NCBI GenBank assembly: GCA_040755455.1
Contig: JBFMAY010000055.1
Coordinates: 1 to 21,402 of the forward strand
Source of the DNA: Thermodesulfobacteriota bacterium
GTDB lineage: Bacteria; Desulfobacterota; Desulfobulbia; Desulfobulbales; SURF-16
Direction: 5' to 3'
DNA length: 21,402 bases
Below are positions 1-8,911 of this stretch, piece after piece. A program made the translations under genes and the position numbers. The notes below the pieces were generated by a model. The model was not told the DNA's origin and did no database searches. It worked only from the letters and a program-made list of their open reading frames with translations. Numbering within the stretch: the stretch's first letter is position 1; each line of letters begins with the position of its first letter.

Positions 1-1412
1 TCGGCAGCCTTGGCTTGGGCCGCCTTTCTGGCCTCCTCGTTGGCTTTTGCTTCAGCGGCCTTCCTGGCCTCATCTCCTCCTGCGGTTATTGCGGGGGGGG
101 CAGTTTCAGTTGGCTGGCGTTTCAGAACTGCTTCGGCACTGGCAAAACTTGCCAATGCCTCAAATTGTTCATCGTTCAGGTTAAAGGCCTTTTTCAGGGC
201 GTTTAGACCCATCTGCACAGACTGCAACGCCATCTGACGTTCTTTTTCGTTCATCTCATGCTCTCCTGCATCATCATATTCTGGGGCTGAGCCGGCTGTT
301 GCTTGCGCAGTAGCCTGGACTCGCATTTTTTCAACTTCAGCACGGGCGCTGGCGATTATTTTTTCTGCCTCGGCTCTGGCATCAGCCAGCAGCTTGTCCG
401 TGTCAACAAACTGCCGCGGGGGGTGGGCCGCAGGCGCGGCAACCTCAATGGCCGCTTCCCTCTTCACCGCCGGCTGCCGCCCATCCTCATCAACTACCAC
501 CGGCCGTGGTTCGAGTTTGGCGCGCTTGACGATCTCAGGTACTGCCTCCTCCCATTCGATCGCCATGATATGCACACCGGCAATCCCTTTGATTTCCCTG
601 ACCCGGTTGATGATATCAACACAGATGTTGATGCCCTCTTCCTGTTTGTCGGAGGCATCCTTCATGCGGTTGATCACCTCGTCGGTGACATCCATGCCGG
701 GAACCGAATTTTTCATATGGCGTGCCATGCCGAGGGACTTCGGCGGGGTAACGCCCGCGAGAATATAGACTTTCTCGTGCAACCCCAGGTCACGAACCAT
801 TTCCATGAACCTGGTGAACTTTTCAACATTATAAATAATCTGGGTTTGCACAAAGTCCGCACCGCTGGCCACCTTTTTGGCAAGCCGCGGGGCGCGGAAT
901 TCAAAAGGATTGGCAAAAGGATTGGCGGCACAGCCGAGAAAAAGTCGCGGTTCAGCGGACTTTATTGTCTCGCCGCATTGAAATTTCTTCTCGTCCCGCA
1001 TGGCGCGAACCATGCCGAGGAGCTGGATGGAATCCATGTCAAACACCCCCTTGGAACCAGGGTGGTTGCCAAATTTCTGATGATCGCCGGTAAGACAGAG
1101 AAGGTTTTTCAAGCCAAGGGCCGCGGCACCGAGAATATCGCTCTGCATGCCTATCCTGTTCCGGTCGCGGCATGTCATCTGAATGACCGGCTCCACCCCT
1201 TCCTGCAGGGCGATGAGGCCGGCGGCAATACTTGACATCCGGACAATGGCGGTCTGGCAGTCCGTTATATTGACCGCGTCCACATGCCCTCTCAGTATCC
1301 CGGCCTTCCTCCTGACTACTTCGGGATCTCCGCTTTTAGGCGGTCCCAGTTCTCCGGTCACGGCAAAGCCTCCGGAGGTCAGAATTTTTTCTAAACGACT
1401 TCCCGATTTCAT
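1..1412 (-). CDS. metF: Methylenetetrahydrofolate reductase (MetF) with a long Ala/Glu/Lys-rich C-terminal extension; 3' end runs off the window, probable fusion protein
   Basis: My translation from ATG 1412 (AAGGAT upstream) gives MKSGSRLEKILTSGGFAVTGELGPPK...DAVNITD...IQMTCRDRNRIGMQSDILGAAALGLKNLLCLTGDH...GADFVQTQ...GVHIMAIEWE, which carries MTHFR motifs. The frame stays open for 470 codons to position 1. It is absent from the ORF track because there is no stop codon in the window. Confidence 0.9.
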   Translation of the reverse strand, partial: MKSGSRLEKILTSGGFAVTGELGPPKSGDPEVVRRKAGILRGHVDAVNITDCQTAIVRMSSIAAGLIALQEGVEPVIQMTCRDRNRIGMQSDILGAAALGLKNLLCLTGDHQKFGNHPGSKGVFDMDSIQLLGMVRAMRDEKKFQCGETIKSAEPRLFLGCAANPFANPFEFRAPRLAKKVASGADFVQTQIIYNVEKFTRFMEMVRDLGLHEKVYILAGVTPPKSLGMARHMKNSVPGMDVTDEVINRMKDASDKQEEGINICVDIINRVREIKGIAGVHIMAIEWEEAVPEIVKRAKLEPRPVVVDEDGRQPAVKREAAIEVAAPAAHPPRQFVDTDKLLADARAEAEKIIASARAEVEKMRVQATAQATAGSAPEYDDAGEHEMNEKERQMALQSVQMGLNALKKAFNLNDEQFEALASFASAEAVLKRQPTETAPPAITAGGDEARKAAEAKANEEARKAAQAKAA

Positions 1413-1484
1413 TCGGTTGTATCCTTATGTGAAGAATTTAAAGTAGTTAGTAGAATAAACAGCCCAGGTGCTCCTGACCGGTCA

Positions 1485-3482
1485 TCAGGGTCGGGTCGGA
1501 CCGTGGCAGCCGACATCCTTCAAACCTCCGCCGGTTCCTAGATCGCGACGCATACCCATGTCAAAGAGGACCCTTTCGCGTTTCTTGTCTATGCCGAGTT
1601 CCTTGCGTTTCAGGTCAATGCGGGCAATCATTTTCTGGGCGAGTTTCAGCGGATCTTCTTCAATATCCCAGCGGCCGCCATAGATCTCATCCATCCCCTC
1701 CGTCATAAATTTGGCAAAATTCTTGGAGCCGGTGAGCGGCAGATTCTGGAAGATAACATAAGTGCCGCTGGAAACAAAGTACTGCCCGATGGCAACGGCC
1801 TTCTCGCTCATCCACAGAGGCGCTGTGCCGGCCATGGGCAGGGCGGATATGTCATCTCCCAGACCGCCCTCTCTTACCATCTCGGTGGCGGCAATGAGCA
1901 GACGGCTGTTATCGACGCATGATCCGCAGTGCAGGATGGGAGGCATACCGACCGCTTCACACACCTCGCGCAGGCCGGGTCCGGCAAACTGAATAGCCTC
2001 GGGCCGGACAAGACCGGCACGGCCAAGCGAGGTTGCCGCGCAACCGGTGGCCAGCACCAGCACATCGTTCTTGATCAGTTCCCGGGCGATGATTTCATGA
2101 TTATTATCAGCGTACTTGTAGTTGTCACAGCCAACAATGGCCGCCACTCCCCGGATCCTGCCGTTGATGATATTGTCGTTTAACGGCCGGTAGCTTGCGC
2201 GGAAACGGCCGCCCAGCATGTAATTGATCGTTTCATGACTGAAACCGACCACCACGTCAAGCTTGGTCTCCTGTGGAATATAGAACTCACCCCGTTTCTT
2301 GAAGTTGCCGATGGCCTTTTTGAGAATCTCCTTGGCGCTGCCCAGGGCATCCTCTTCATTAAACTGGATATGCACGGCGCCGGGCATCTTGGCCCGGTAA
2401 TTGGTAGTAATGACGTCGGTATGAAAGGATTTGGCCACCTCGGCCACGGACTGCATGATACACTGCACATCAACCACCATGGCCTCGATGGCGCCGGTTG
2501 CCAGGGCCATTTCCTGCTGGATGAAGCCCGCTGCCACAGGAATACCGCGACGCATGAGAATTTCATTGCCGGTACAGCAGACACCGGCAAGATTGATCCC
2601 CTTGGCCCCGACTTTGCGGGCCAGAGCAAGCATTTCCTCATCCTGGGCGGCAAGGCACAATGCTTCGGCAAGGAGAGGCTCATGGCCATGCACCGTTACG
2701 TTCACCTGGTCCGGCTTGAGAACGCCGAGATCGACTATGGCGCGGCGGGGCACCGGGGTACCGAACATGATATCGGTCAGTTCGGTGGACAGCATGGAGG
2801 CGCCCCAGCCGTCGCCCAAGGCGCAGCGGGCGCCCTGCAGCATGATGTTCTGGTAATCCTGATCAACACCCATATGGGTCCGGTGCATCATTTCAACAAC
2901 TTCCCGGTCAATGCCGCGGGGCTCTATGCCCAGCCGTTTCCACAGCTCCTGGCGTTTTTTCGGCGCCCTCTTCACCATGGTGACGGGTTTATCATCCTGT
3001 TTGCCGAAATCCGCCAGGGCAAGACGGCCGATTTCCAAGGCAATGTCATTTTTATCCCGGCCCTCTGTTGCCACGCCGAAGACTTCCGCCAGCATCATCA
3101 GTTTATTGACATCCTTGATTTCATGCGGGGTTTCTCCCTTGGCCGTGGCAATAAACCCCTTGACCATCTCCCGGGCATGGTCGGTATGGGCCGCCGATCC
3201 GGAAGCAATGGTGCGGGCATAATTTCGCGCGACAACAGTGTCCGCTGTTGCGCCGCAGATGCCGATCATTTCATCAACGCCATCAATGATCTGGCAGGGT
3301 CCCATATTGCAGTTGCGGCAGCAGGTGCCGGTGGAACCGAAGAGGCAGGCCGACATGCCGCGCATTCTTACCCGGTCGTAAGCGGTAATGACATTTTTTG
3401 CTATGTCCTTGGACAGGACATCTTTCGTGGAGGTGCAGGTTATCTCGGTACAGCCTTCACACCCGTTTCTTGAGATTGCCAT
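1485..3482 (-). CDS. cooS: Anaerobic Ni-Fe carbon-monoxide dehydrogenase catalytic subunit (CooS/AcsA)
   Basis: D/B-cluster motif CLFGSTGTCCRNCNMGPC...GICGA. C-cluster ligand motifs HGHEP, GVCCTGNE, VDVQC, VGCDN, ATGCA, CGSCVDN, plus WMSEKA. Confidence 0.95.
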   Translation of the reverse strand: MAISRNGCEGCTEITCTSTKDVLSKDIAKNVITAYDRVRMRGMSACLFGSTGTCCRNCNMGPCQIIDGVDEMIGICGATADTVVARNYARTIASGSAAHTDHAREMVKGFIATAKGETPHEIKDVNKLMMLAEVFGVATEGRDKNDIALEIGRLALADFGKQDDKPVTMVKRAPKKRQELWKRLGIEPRGIDREVVEMMHRTHMGVDQDYQNIMLQGARCALGDGWGASMLSTELTDIMFGTPVPRRAIVDLGVLKPDQVNVTVHGHEPLLAEALCLAAQDEEMLALARKVGAKGINLAGVCCTGNEILMRRGIPVAAGFIQQEMALATGAIEAMVVDVQCIMQSVAEVAKSFHTDVITTNYRAKMPGAVHIQFNEEDALGSAKEILKKAIGNFKKRGEFYIPQETKLDVVVGFSHETINYMLGGRFRASYRPLNDNIINGRIRGVAAIVGCDNYKYADNNHEIIARELIKNDVLVLATGCAATSLGRAGLVRPEAIQFAGPGLREVCEAVGMPPILHCGSCVDNSRLLIAATEMVREGGLGDDISALPMAGTAPLWMSEKAVAIGQYFVSSGTYVIFQNLPLTGSKNFAKFMTEGMDEIYGGRWDIEEDPLKLAQKMIARIDLKRKELGIDKKRERVLFDMGMRRDLGTGGGLKDVGCHGPTRP

Positions 3483-3500
3483 ATTTTTTCTTCCTCACGG

Positions 3501-4388
3501 TTACATCAGGCCGGCAGCCTGTTTGGCCGCCTGCACGGTATTTTTCATCAACATGGTTATTGTCATGGGTCCAACGCCGCCCGGGACGGGAGTAATGGCC
3601 GCGGCCTTCTCCTTGACCGCATCAAAATCAACATCGCCGGCAAGTATCGCCTTGCCGTCCGCCGTTTTTCCTATCCGATTGACCCCGACATCTATAATAA
3701 CCACTCCGTCTTTGACCATATCAGCGGTGACCATTTTAGGCACGCCGACGGCGGCGATGATGATGTCGGCACGCTTGGTATGGGCCGCCATATCTCTGGT
3801 ACGGGTATGACAGATGGTAACCGTAGCGTTACCGCCGTCCCGTTTCTGCAGCATGAGATTGCTGATCGGCTTGCCGACGATATTGCTGCGGCCGATGACA
3901 ACAACCTCGGCCCCGCTTGTCTTGACGCCGCTGCGGGTCAGCAACTCGAGGATGCCATGGGGGGTGCAGGGAAGATAGCATTGTTCCCCCAGCACCATTT
4001 TGCCGACGTTGACAGGATGGAAGCCGTCCACATCCTTGTCAGGGTTGATGGCATAAAGAACCTTCGCCTCATTGATATGTTTCGGCAGAGGAAGCTGAAC
4101 CAGAATGCCGTTGATCTTATCATCGTTATTGTATTTCTCAATCAGATTGAGAAGTTCCTGCTCGCTGGTATCTGCGGCAAGGGTCACCTGCTCTGAATGG
4201 ATTCCCAAGGCATGAGCGGTTTTGTTTTTGGCGCTGACATATGACTGGGAGGCAGGGTCCTCACCGACAAGAATAGTTACCAGCCCTGGCACCACATTGT
4301 GCTTTTCCTTTAACTCCGCAATTTCGTTTTTGAGTTCCTCACGAATGGCTTTAGCGGTCTCGGTCCCGCTGATAATTTTTGCTGTCAT
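3501..4388 (-). CDS. folD: Bifunctional methylenetetrahydrofolate dehydrogenase/cyclohydrolase
   Basis: Motifs GILVQLPLP, KDVDGFHP, LPCTPHG, GRSNIVGKP, DVGVNR, TPVPGGVGPMT. Start placed at ATG 4388 behind an AAGGAG Shine-Dalgarno; the ORF track starts at GTG 4394. Confidence 0.96.
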   Translation of the reverse strand: MTAKIISGTETAKAIREELKNEIAELKEKHNVVPGLVTILVGEDPASQSYVSAKNKTAHALGIHSEQVTLAADTSEQELLNLIEKYNNDDKINGILVQLPLPKHINEAKVLYAINPDKDVDGFHPVNVGKMVLGEQCYLPCTPHGILELLTRSGVKTSGAEVVVIGRSNIVGKPISNLMLQKRDGGNATVTICHTRTRDMAAHTKRADIIIAAVGVPKMVTADMVKDGVVIIDVGVNRIGKTADGKAILAGDVDFDAVKEKAAAITPVPGGVGPMTITMLMKNTVQAAKQAAGLM

Positions 4389-4500
4389 TATCACTCCTTA
4401 ATGGAAAAAAACATAAAAGAAAAAAATGAATATGGAAAAAGTGTTGTGTTCGCCGTGACTTGCCTGGGAAAAGCAGAAGATTAGCTAAACTGAGTTAATT

Positions 4501-4529
4501 ATCTTAGTGAACTCAATCCAGTTTTGCAA
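4501..4529 (-). promoter_or_regulatory. Putative sigma70 promoter of the folD-cooS-metF unit
   Basis: Minus strand reads TTGCAA (4529-4524), 17 nt spacer, TAAGAT (4506-4501). Confidence 0.55.
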
Positions 4530-4611
4530 GGGATTTATGGCTGTCTGCGGAAGAATACAACAAAAGAAAGGTTTAAATTACAAATAGTTAGGTAATAGTA
4601 CCTAGTGGATA

Positions 4612-6831
4612 TTACCTATTGCGGCTCTCGGCAAGCTTGACGATGATATCATTGGCCTGACCGAGACGGGTGACAAGGGTTTTGAAGAAATGCTTGGCAA
4701 CCTGAGGATGTTTTTCGATTATTTCCATAATCTTACCGCCTGGGAAACGCTTGATGGCAGATCTTCCCTTGGAGAGGATGGAGGCGGAACGGGCCACCCC
4801 GGAAATCGCCGACATCTCACCGAAATATTCGTTGGGCTCAGTGATTTCAGCAATTTTTTTGCCATCCTTGACCACCATCAGCGCCCCCTGAATCAACTGG
4901 AAGAAATCTATATCGGTATTACCCTGGCGGATAATGACATCGCCGTCCTCATATCTTTCGATATCCGGGTTAACGAGATAGGCCGGCAGACTCTCTTCGG
5001 TTATGACGGTTTTCTTCAGCACCTCATCAAGGCTGGTTACCCCTTGAATGGCCTTGAGTATAGCGGCATTACGCAGAGGAACCATGCCTTCCTGGATAGC
5101 CACCTTGCGCAGCTGATCCTCAGGCACCTCCGCACTGATGGCCTTGGCAACCTCGTCGGTGACCTCCATCAGCTCAAAAAAACCGACCCTGCCCTTATAT
5201 CCTCCTCCCCGGCAGACCGGGCATCCCTTGGGGCCATAGAGCTTGGTAAGACCCTTTATCTGGTCTTCCTTAAAGCCGATGGCGATCAGCTCCTTCTCGT
5301 CCGGCACGGGCAACTCTACCTTGCACTCCCGGCAGAGACGGCGCCCGAGTCTCTGGGACTGAACCATGGTGATGGCCGAGGCCAGCATATAAGGGGGGAT
5401 GCCGATATCAACCAGACGGCCGATGGTGGCGGCGCAGTCATTGGTATGCAGGGTAGAAAAGACAAGATGCCCCGTCATGGCCGCCTTGATGGCAATCTCA
5501 GCGGTTTCCATGTCACGGATCTCACCGACCATGATAATGTCGGGGTCCTGCCGTAAAAAGGCCTTCAGGGCGGCGGCAAAGGTCATGCCCACCTCCTGAT
5601 GGACGTTGACCTGATTAATCCCCTTGAAGTTGAACTCCACGGGATCCTCGGCGGTCAGAATCTTGGTATCCTCACTGTTCAGCGAGTTCAAGGCCGAATA
5701 AAGGGTAACCGTCTTGCCGCTGCCGGTGGGACCGGTAACCAGCAGCAGCCCCTGCGGGCGATGAAGGCAGCGCTTCAAGGTTGCGTAAACATCCGGCTCA
5801 AAGCCGAGCTTGGTCAGATCAACATTGAGCGACGCCTTATCCAGAATACGCAGAACTATGCTTTCGCCAAAAAGGGTGGGCAGGGTTGAGACACGGAAAT
5901 CAACTACCTTGTTTTTGCCGAGGCGCATTTTGATTCTGCCGTCCTGTGGCACCCGGCGTTCGGTAATGTCAAGACTTGAAAGAATTTTCACCCTTGAGTT
6001 CAACGCGTTTTTAATGCTGAGCGGCAGGTTCATCGATTTATAGAGGGAGCCGTCCAGACGGTAACGGACCTGCAGCGACTTATCGTAGGGTTCGATATGG
6101 ATATCGCTGACCCCATCCTTGACCGCCTTGATGAGGATACCGTTCACCAGCTTGATGATCGGCGCGTCCGAGGCGGAAAACTCTTCCGCCTCCTTGCCGC
6201 TGTCATCCTCAATGGCCATGTCTTCGGCTGCTTCCGAGGCCAGGGAGCCGAAGTCATCAATACTGGTGACATCTTCCTCCTCCTCCTCAATTTTCTCATT
6301 AGCCCCGATCAGCTGGCGGAATTCTTCCTCACTGATCTTGTAATATTTCTTATAGGCATCGAAAATATCCTTTTCCGTGGAGACACAGACGGACAAAACC
6401 ATCTTCACTTCGGACTGCAGTTCTTCCACGGCACTGGTGTCAGTCGGCTCGGCCATGGTAACCTGCAGTGTCTTGCCGGTAACGCGGAGAGGAAGGGCGC
6501 AATATTTTTTGACGATATCAAACGGTATGGTCTTGAAGATTTCCGGGTTGGGTGGTTCCTTTTTGATATCGATGGGTGGAAAATTATGGAGCCGGCTCAG
6601 GACGTTGAGAATCGTTGAGTCTTCGATGTAGCCGAGCTTGATGAGAATGCTGCCCAGGCGCTGGCCGGTTTTCTTCTGGATGGAAAGGGCTTCCTCAAGC
6701 TGGGCGTTCAGGATATGCCCCTCTCTTCTGAGCACCTCGCCGATCTTGGTCTTGCCTGCTCCGGACTGGTCTTTGACCGTTGTCCTGAGAGCCGCTTTTT
6801 TATCTACTATTTTTTGAGCTGGAAGCGCCAT
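4612..6831 (-). CDS. pilB: Type IV pilus assembly / T2SS ATPase (PilB/PulE family) with N-terminal MshEN-like motifs and a C-terminal cyclic-nucleotide-binding domain
   Basis: SDIHIEP, ERRVPQDGR, Walker A GPTGSGKT, Asp box TAEDPVE, LRQDPDIIMVGEIRD, His box GHLVFSTLHTN, Zn site CREC...CPVC. The C-terminus has GDVIIRQG...FGEMSAISGVARSASI. Confidence 0.9.
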   Translation of the reverse strand: MALPAQKIVDKKAALRTTVKDQSGAGKTKIGEVLRREGHILNAQLEEALSIQKKTGQRLGSILIKLGYIEDSTILNVLSRLHNFPPIDIKKEPPNPEIFKTIPFDIVKKYCALPLRVTGKTLQVTMAEPTDTSAVEELQSEVKMVLSVCVSTEKDIFDAYKKYYKISEEEFRQLIGANEKIEEEEEDVTSIDDFGSLASEAAEDMAIEDDSGKEAEEFSASDAPIIKLVNGILIKAVKDGVSDIHIEPYDKSLQVRYRLDGSLYKSMNLPLSIKNALNSRVKILSSLDITERRVPQDGRIKMRLGKNKVVDFRVSTLPTLFGESIVLRILDKASLNVDLTKLGFEPDVYATLKRCLHRPQGLLLVTGPTGSGKTVTLYSALNSLNSEDTKILTAEDPVEFNFKGINQVNVHQEVGMTFAAALKAFLRQDPDIIMVGEIRDMETAEIAIKAAMTGHLVFSTLHTNDCAATIGRLVDIGIPPYMLASAITMVQSQRLGRRLCRECKVELPVPDEKELIAIGFKEDQIKGLTKLYGPKGCPVCRGGGYKGRVGFFELMEVTDEVAKAISAEVPEDQLRKVAIQEGMVPLRNAAILKAIQGVTSLDEVLKKTVITEESLPAYLVNPDIERYEDGDVIIRQGNTDIDFFQLIQGALMVVKDGKKIAEITEPNEYFGEMSAISGVARSASILSKGRSAIKRFPGGKIMEIIEKHPQVAKHFFKTLVTRLGQANDIIVKLAESRNR

Positions 6832-6880
6832 ATGTAAAAAAGTGGTGGAGGTTGTTTACGACTGTTTTTTATATTAGCTT

Positions 6881-6908
6881 ATTATAGTGGGCTTAACAAC
6901 TTTTTCAA
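6881..6908 (-). promoter_or_regulatory. Putative sigma70 promoter for pilB
   Basis: Minus strand reads TTGAAA (6908-6903), 16 nt spacer, TATAAT (6886-6881), just downstream of the fhs terminator. Confidence 0.5.
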
Positions 6909-6930
6909 ATGTTGCCGGTGAGAAAGTAAC

Positions 6931-6973
6931 AAAAAAGGCGATACCGGGGAGGGTGGTCCCGCCAGTATCGCCT
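6931..6973 (-). terminator. Intrinsic terminator after fhs
   Basis: Stem AGGCGATAC/GTATCGCCT with an inner GGGA/TCCC pairing, followed on the minus strand by a T tract (plus-strand A run from 6931). Confidence 0.75.
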
Positions 6974-7004
6974 CTACAGACTGTAAACTGTAAAACGATT
7001 TTTC

Positions 7005-8768
7005 TTAGAAAACGCCTTTCACTTTGCCGGTTTCCACATCCACGTCAATACGCCGGTAGGCAGGGTCTGATGCCGTACCAGGCATCAGACTGATGGCTCC
7101 GGCCACGGGAACGACAAAACCGGCCCCCTTGTAAGTGAGGATATCGCGGATCGGCAGGGTCCAGCCTTTGGGCACCCCTTTCAGTTTCGGATCATGGGAC
7201 AGGGAAAGATGGGTCTTGACCATGCAGGTGCCCATTTCCTTCATCTCAGGATCCGCCTCCATCCGCTTCAGTTTGTCCTGGGCCTCAGGGGTGTAGCTGA
7301 CACCATCGGCACCGTATACGTCTTTGGCGATCAGGTCAATGCGCTGGCGCAGAGGGGTGTTAAGATCATAGAGGAATTTGAAATCGTTTTCTTCCTGGCA
7401 GGCGTCAATCACCGCATCGGCGAATTCCACTGCGCCGTCGCCGCCATACTGCCAGTGGCGGGACAGGGCAACCCTGGCGCCCGCAGCCTCGCCAAGACGG
7501 CGCACCGCTTTGATCTCATCGTCCGTGTCGGTGTAGAAGGCATTGATGCAGACAACAGGATTGATGCCGGCCTTTTTCACTGTCTGGATATGGTGGATGA
7601 GGTTTTTGCAGCCGTCCTCAACCCAACCGACATTTTCTTTCTTGTACTCTTCGGGCATGGGCTTGCCGGGTACCGGAATCGGGGCTCCGCCATGGCATTT
7701 GAGCGCCCTGATGGTGGCGACAATGACCGCGCAATGGGGTTTAAGCTTGCTGTAACGGCATTTGAGGTTCCAGAATTTCTCAAAACCGATGTCTGCGCCA
7801 AAGCCGCTTTCGGTCACGTTGTAATCGGCGATTTTCAAGGCCACCCGGTCAGCGATGACGGATGACTGACCGATGGCGATGTTTGCAAAGGGACCGGCAT
7901 GAACGACAACCGGCTGACCTTCGATGGTTTGCATCAGATTGGGATTTAAGGCCTCAACCATCCAGGCGGTCATGGCGCCGTCCACCTCAAGATCAGCCGT
8001 GGTGACCGGCCTGTCCTGCCGGTCATAGGCAACGACGATCTTGCCGATTCTCTCACGCATGTCTTTAAGATCTGTGGCGATGGCAAGAATGGCCATGATC
8101 TCGGAACTGACGGCGATGGCAAACTTGGACTCCATGGTAAAGCCGTCCATCTTACCACCGATGCCGATGGTGATATTGCGTAGCGCCTGGGCGCAGAAAT
8201 CGATGATCCAGCCGAATTCAACCTTCTTGGGATGGATGTCAAGCCTGCGCAGATTCCTCTTGGCCAACTGTTCATCGGTGTAGTTAGCCTCATGCTGCAT
8301 GCGGGAGGTGAGGGCCACCATGCCGAGGTTGTGGGCGTTCATGATGGCATTGATATCGCCGGTGAGTCCGAGAGAAAACGGGGTAAGCGGAATACACTGG
8401 GCCAGACCGCCGCCGGCGGCGCTGCCCTTGATGTTCATGGTGGGGCCGCCGGAAGGCTGGCGGATGGCGCCGATCACGCTTTTGTTTCTTTTGCCGAGAC
8501 CCTGCACCAGTCCCATGGCGCAGGTGCTCTTGCCCTCGCCGAGCGGGGTGGGAGTGATGGCGGTTACATCAACGTATTTTCCGTCTGGTCTGTCCTTTAA
8601 CCGGTCAAGAATCCTGCGGTAATCGAGCTTTGCCACATAATGGCCATGGGGCAGCAGCTCCTCCTTTTCAAGACCGAGCTGCTCCGCCAGCTGGTATACC
8701 GTCTTCATGTTCTTTTCAGCATCTTCAGCTATTTCCCAATCTGCGTGCTTTGTTGGATCAAGAACCAT
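7005..8768 (-). CDS. fhs: Formate--tetrahydrofolate ligase
   Basis: Motifs [69 protein letters not shown] 8768 follows AAGGAGGGAG; GTG 8771 is an alternative start. Confidence 0.96.
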   Translation of the reverse strand: MVLDPTKHADWEIAEDAEKNMKTVYQLAEQLGLEKEELLPHGHYVAKLDYRRILDRLKDRPDGKYVDVTAITPTPLGEGKSTCAMGLVQGLGKRNKSVIGAIRQPSGGPTMNIKGSAAGGGLAQCIPLTPFSLGLTGDINAIMNAHNLGMVALTSRMQHEANYTDEQLAKRNLRRLDIHPKKVEFGWIIDFCAQALRNITIGIGGKMDGFTMESKFAIAVSSEIMAILAIATDLKDMRERIGKIVVAYDRQDRPVTTADLEVDGAMTAWMVEALNPNLMQTIEGQPVVVHAGPFANIAIGQSSVIADRVALKIADYNVTESGFGADIGFEKFWNLKCRYSKLKPHCAVIVATIRALKCHGGAPIPVPGKPMPEEYKKENVGWVEDGCKNLIHHIQTVKKAGINPVVCINAFYTDTDDEIKAVRRLGEAAGARVALSRHWQYGGDGAVEFADAVIDACQEENDFKFLYDLNTPLRQRIDLIAKDVYGADGVSYTPEAQDKLKRMEADPEMKEMGTCMVKTHLSLSHDPKLKGVPKGWTLPIRDILTYKGAGFVVPVAGAISLMPGTASDPAYRRIDVDVETGKVKGVF

Positions 8769-8911
8769 CACTCCCTCCTTCTCATCACAATTTAATAAAA
8801 TAATATTTAGTAGTTAAGGCAATTTTTTTTTGAACGCACGTCTCCCGTGGTGCTGGCTGGAGACAAATGTCATTACTACATTATTTTTGTGAAAACAATC
8901 GGCAAATATAC

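Noticed and set aside
303..1235. 310-aa plus-strand ORF (likewise 2235-3473, 4690-5556, 7194-7865, 10593-11261 and minus-strand 18986-19906, 20419-21249)
   Set aside because: All lie antisense to well-supported genes and lack recognisable motifs.
1426..1445. Rex-like TGTGAA half-sites (also near 8887 and 18809)
   Set aside because: Only one half-site matches, which is expected by chance in AT-rich spacers.
4451..4470. GCCGTGACTTGCCTGGGA resembling the ZTP riboswitch 3' hairpin near folD
   Set aside because: Wrong strand relative to folD, and no matching 5' domain.
8835..8870. Possible ZTP (pfl) riboswitch upstream of fhs (ACCACGGGAG within a GTCTCC/GGAGAC hairpin)
   Set aside because: The GACTGGCG 5' element and the downstream CGCCTGGGC hairpin are missing. 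The hairpin is followed by A rather than T on the coding strand, so it is not a terminator either.
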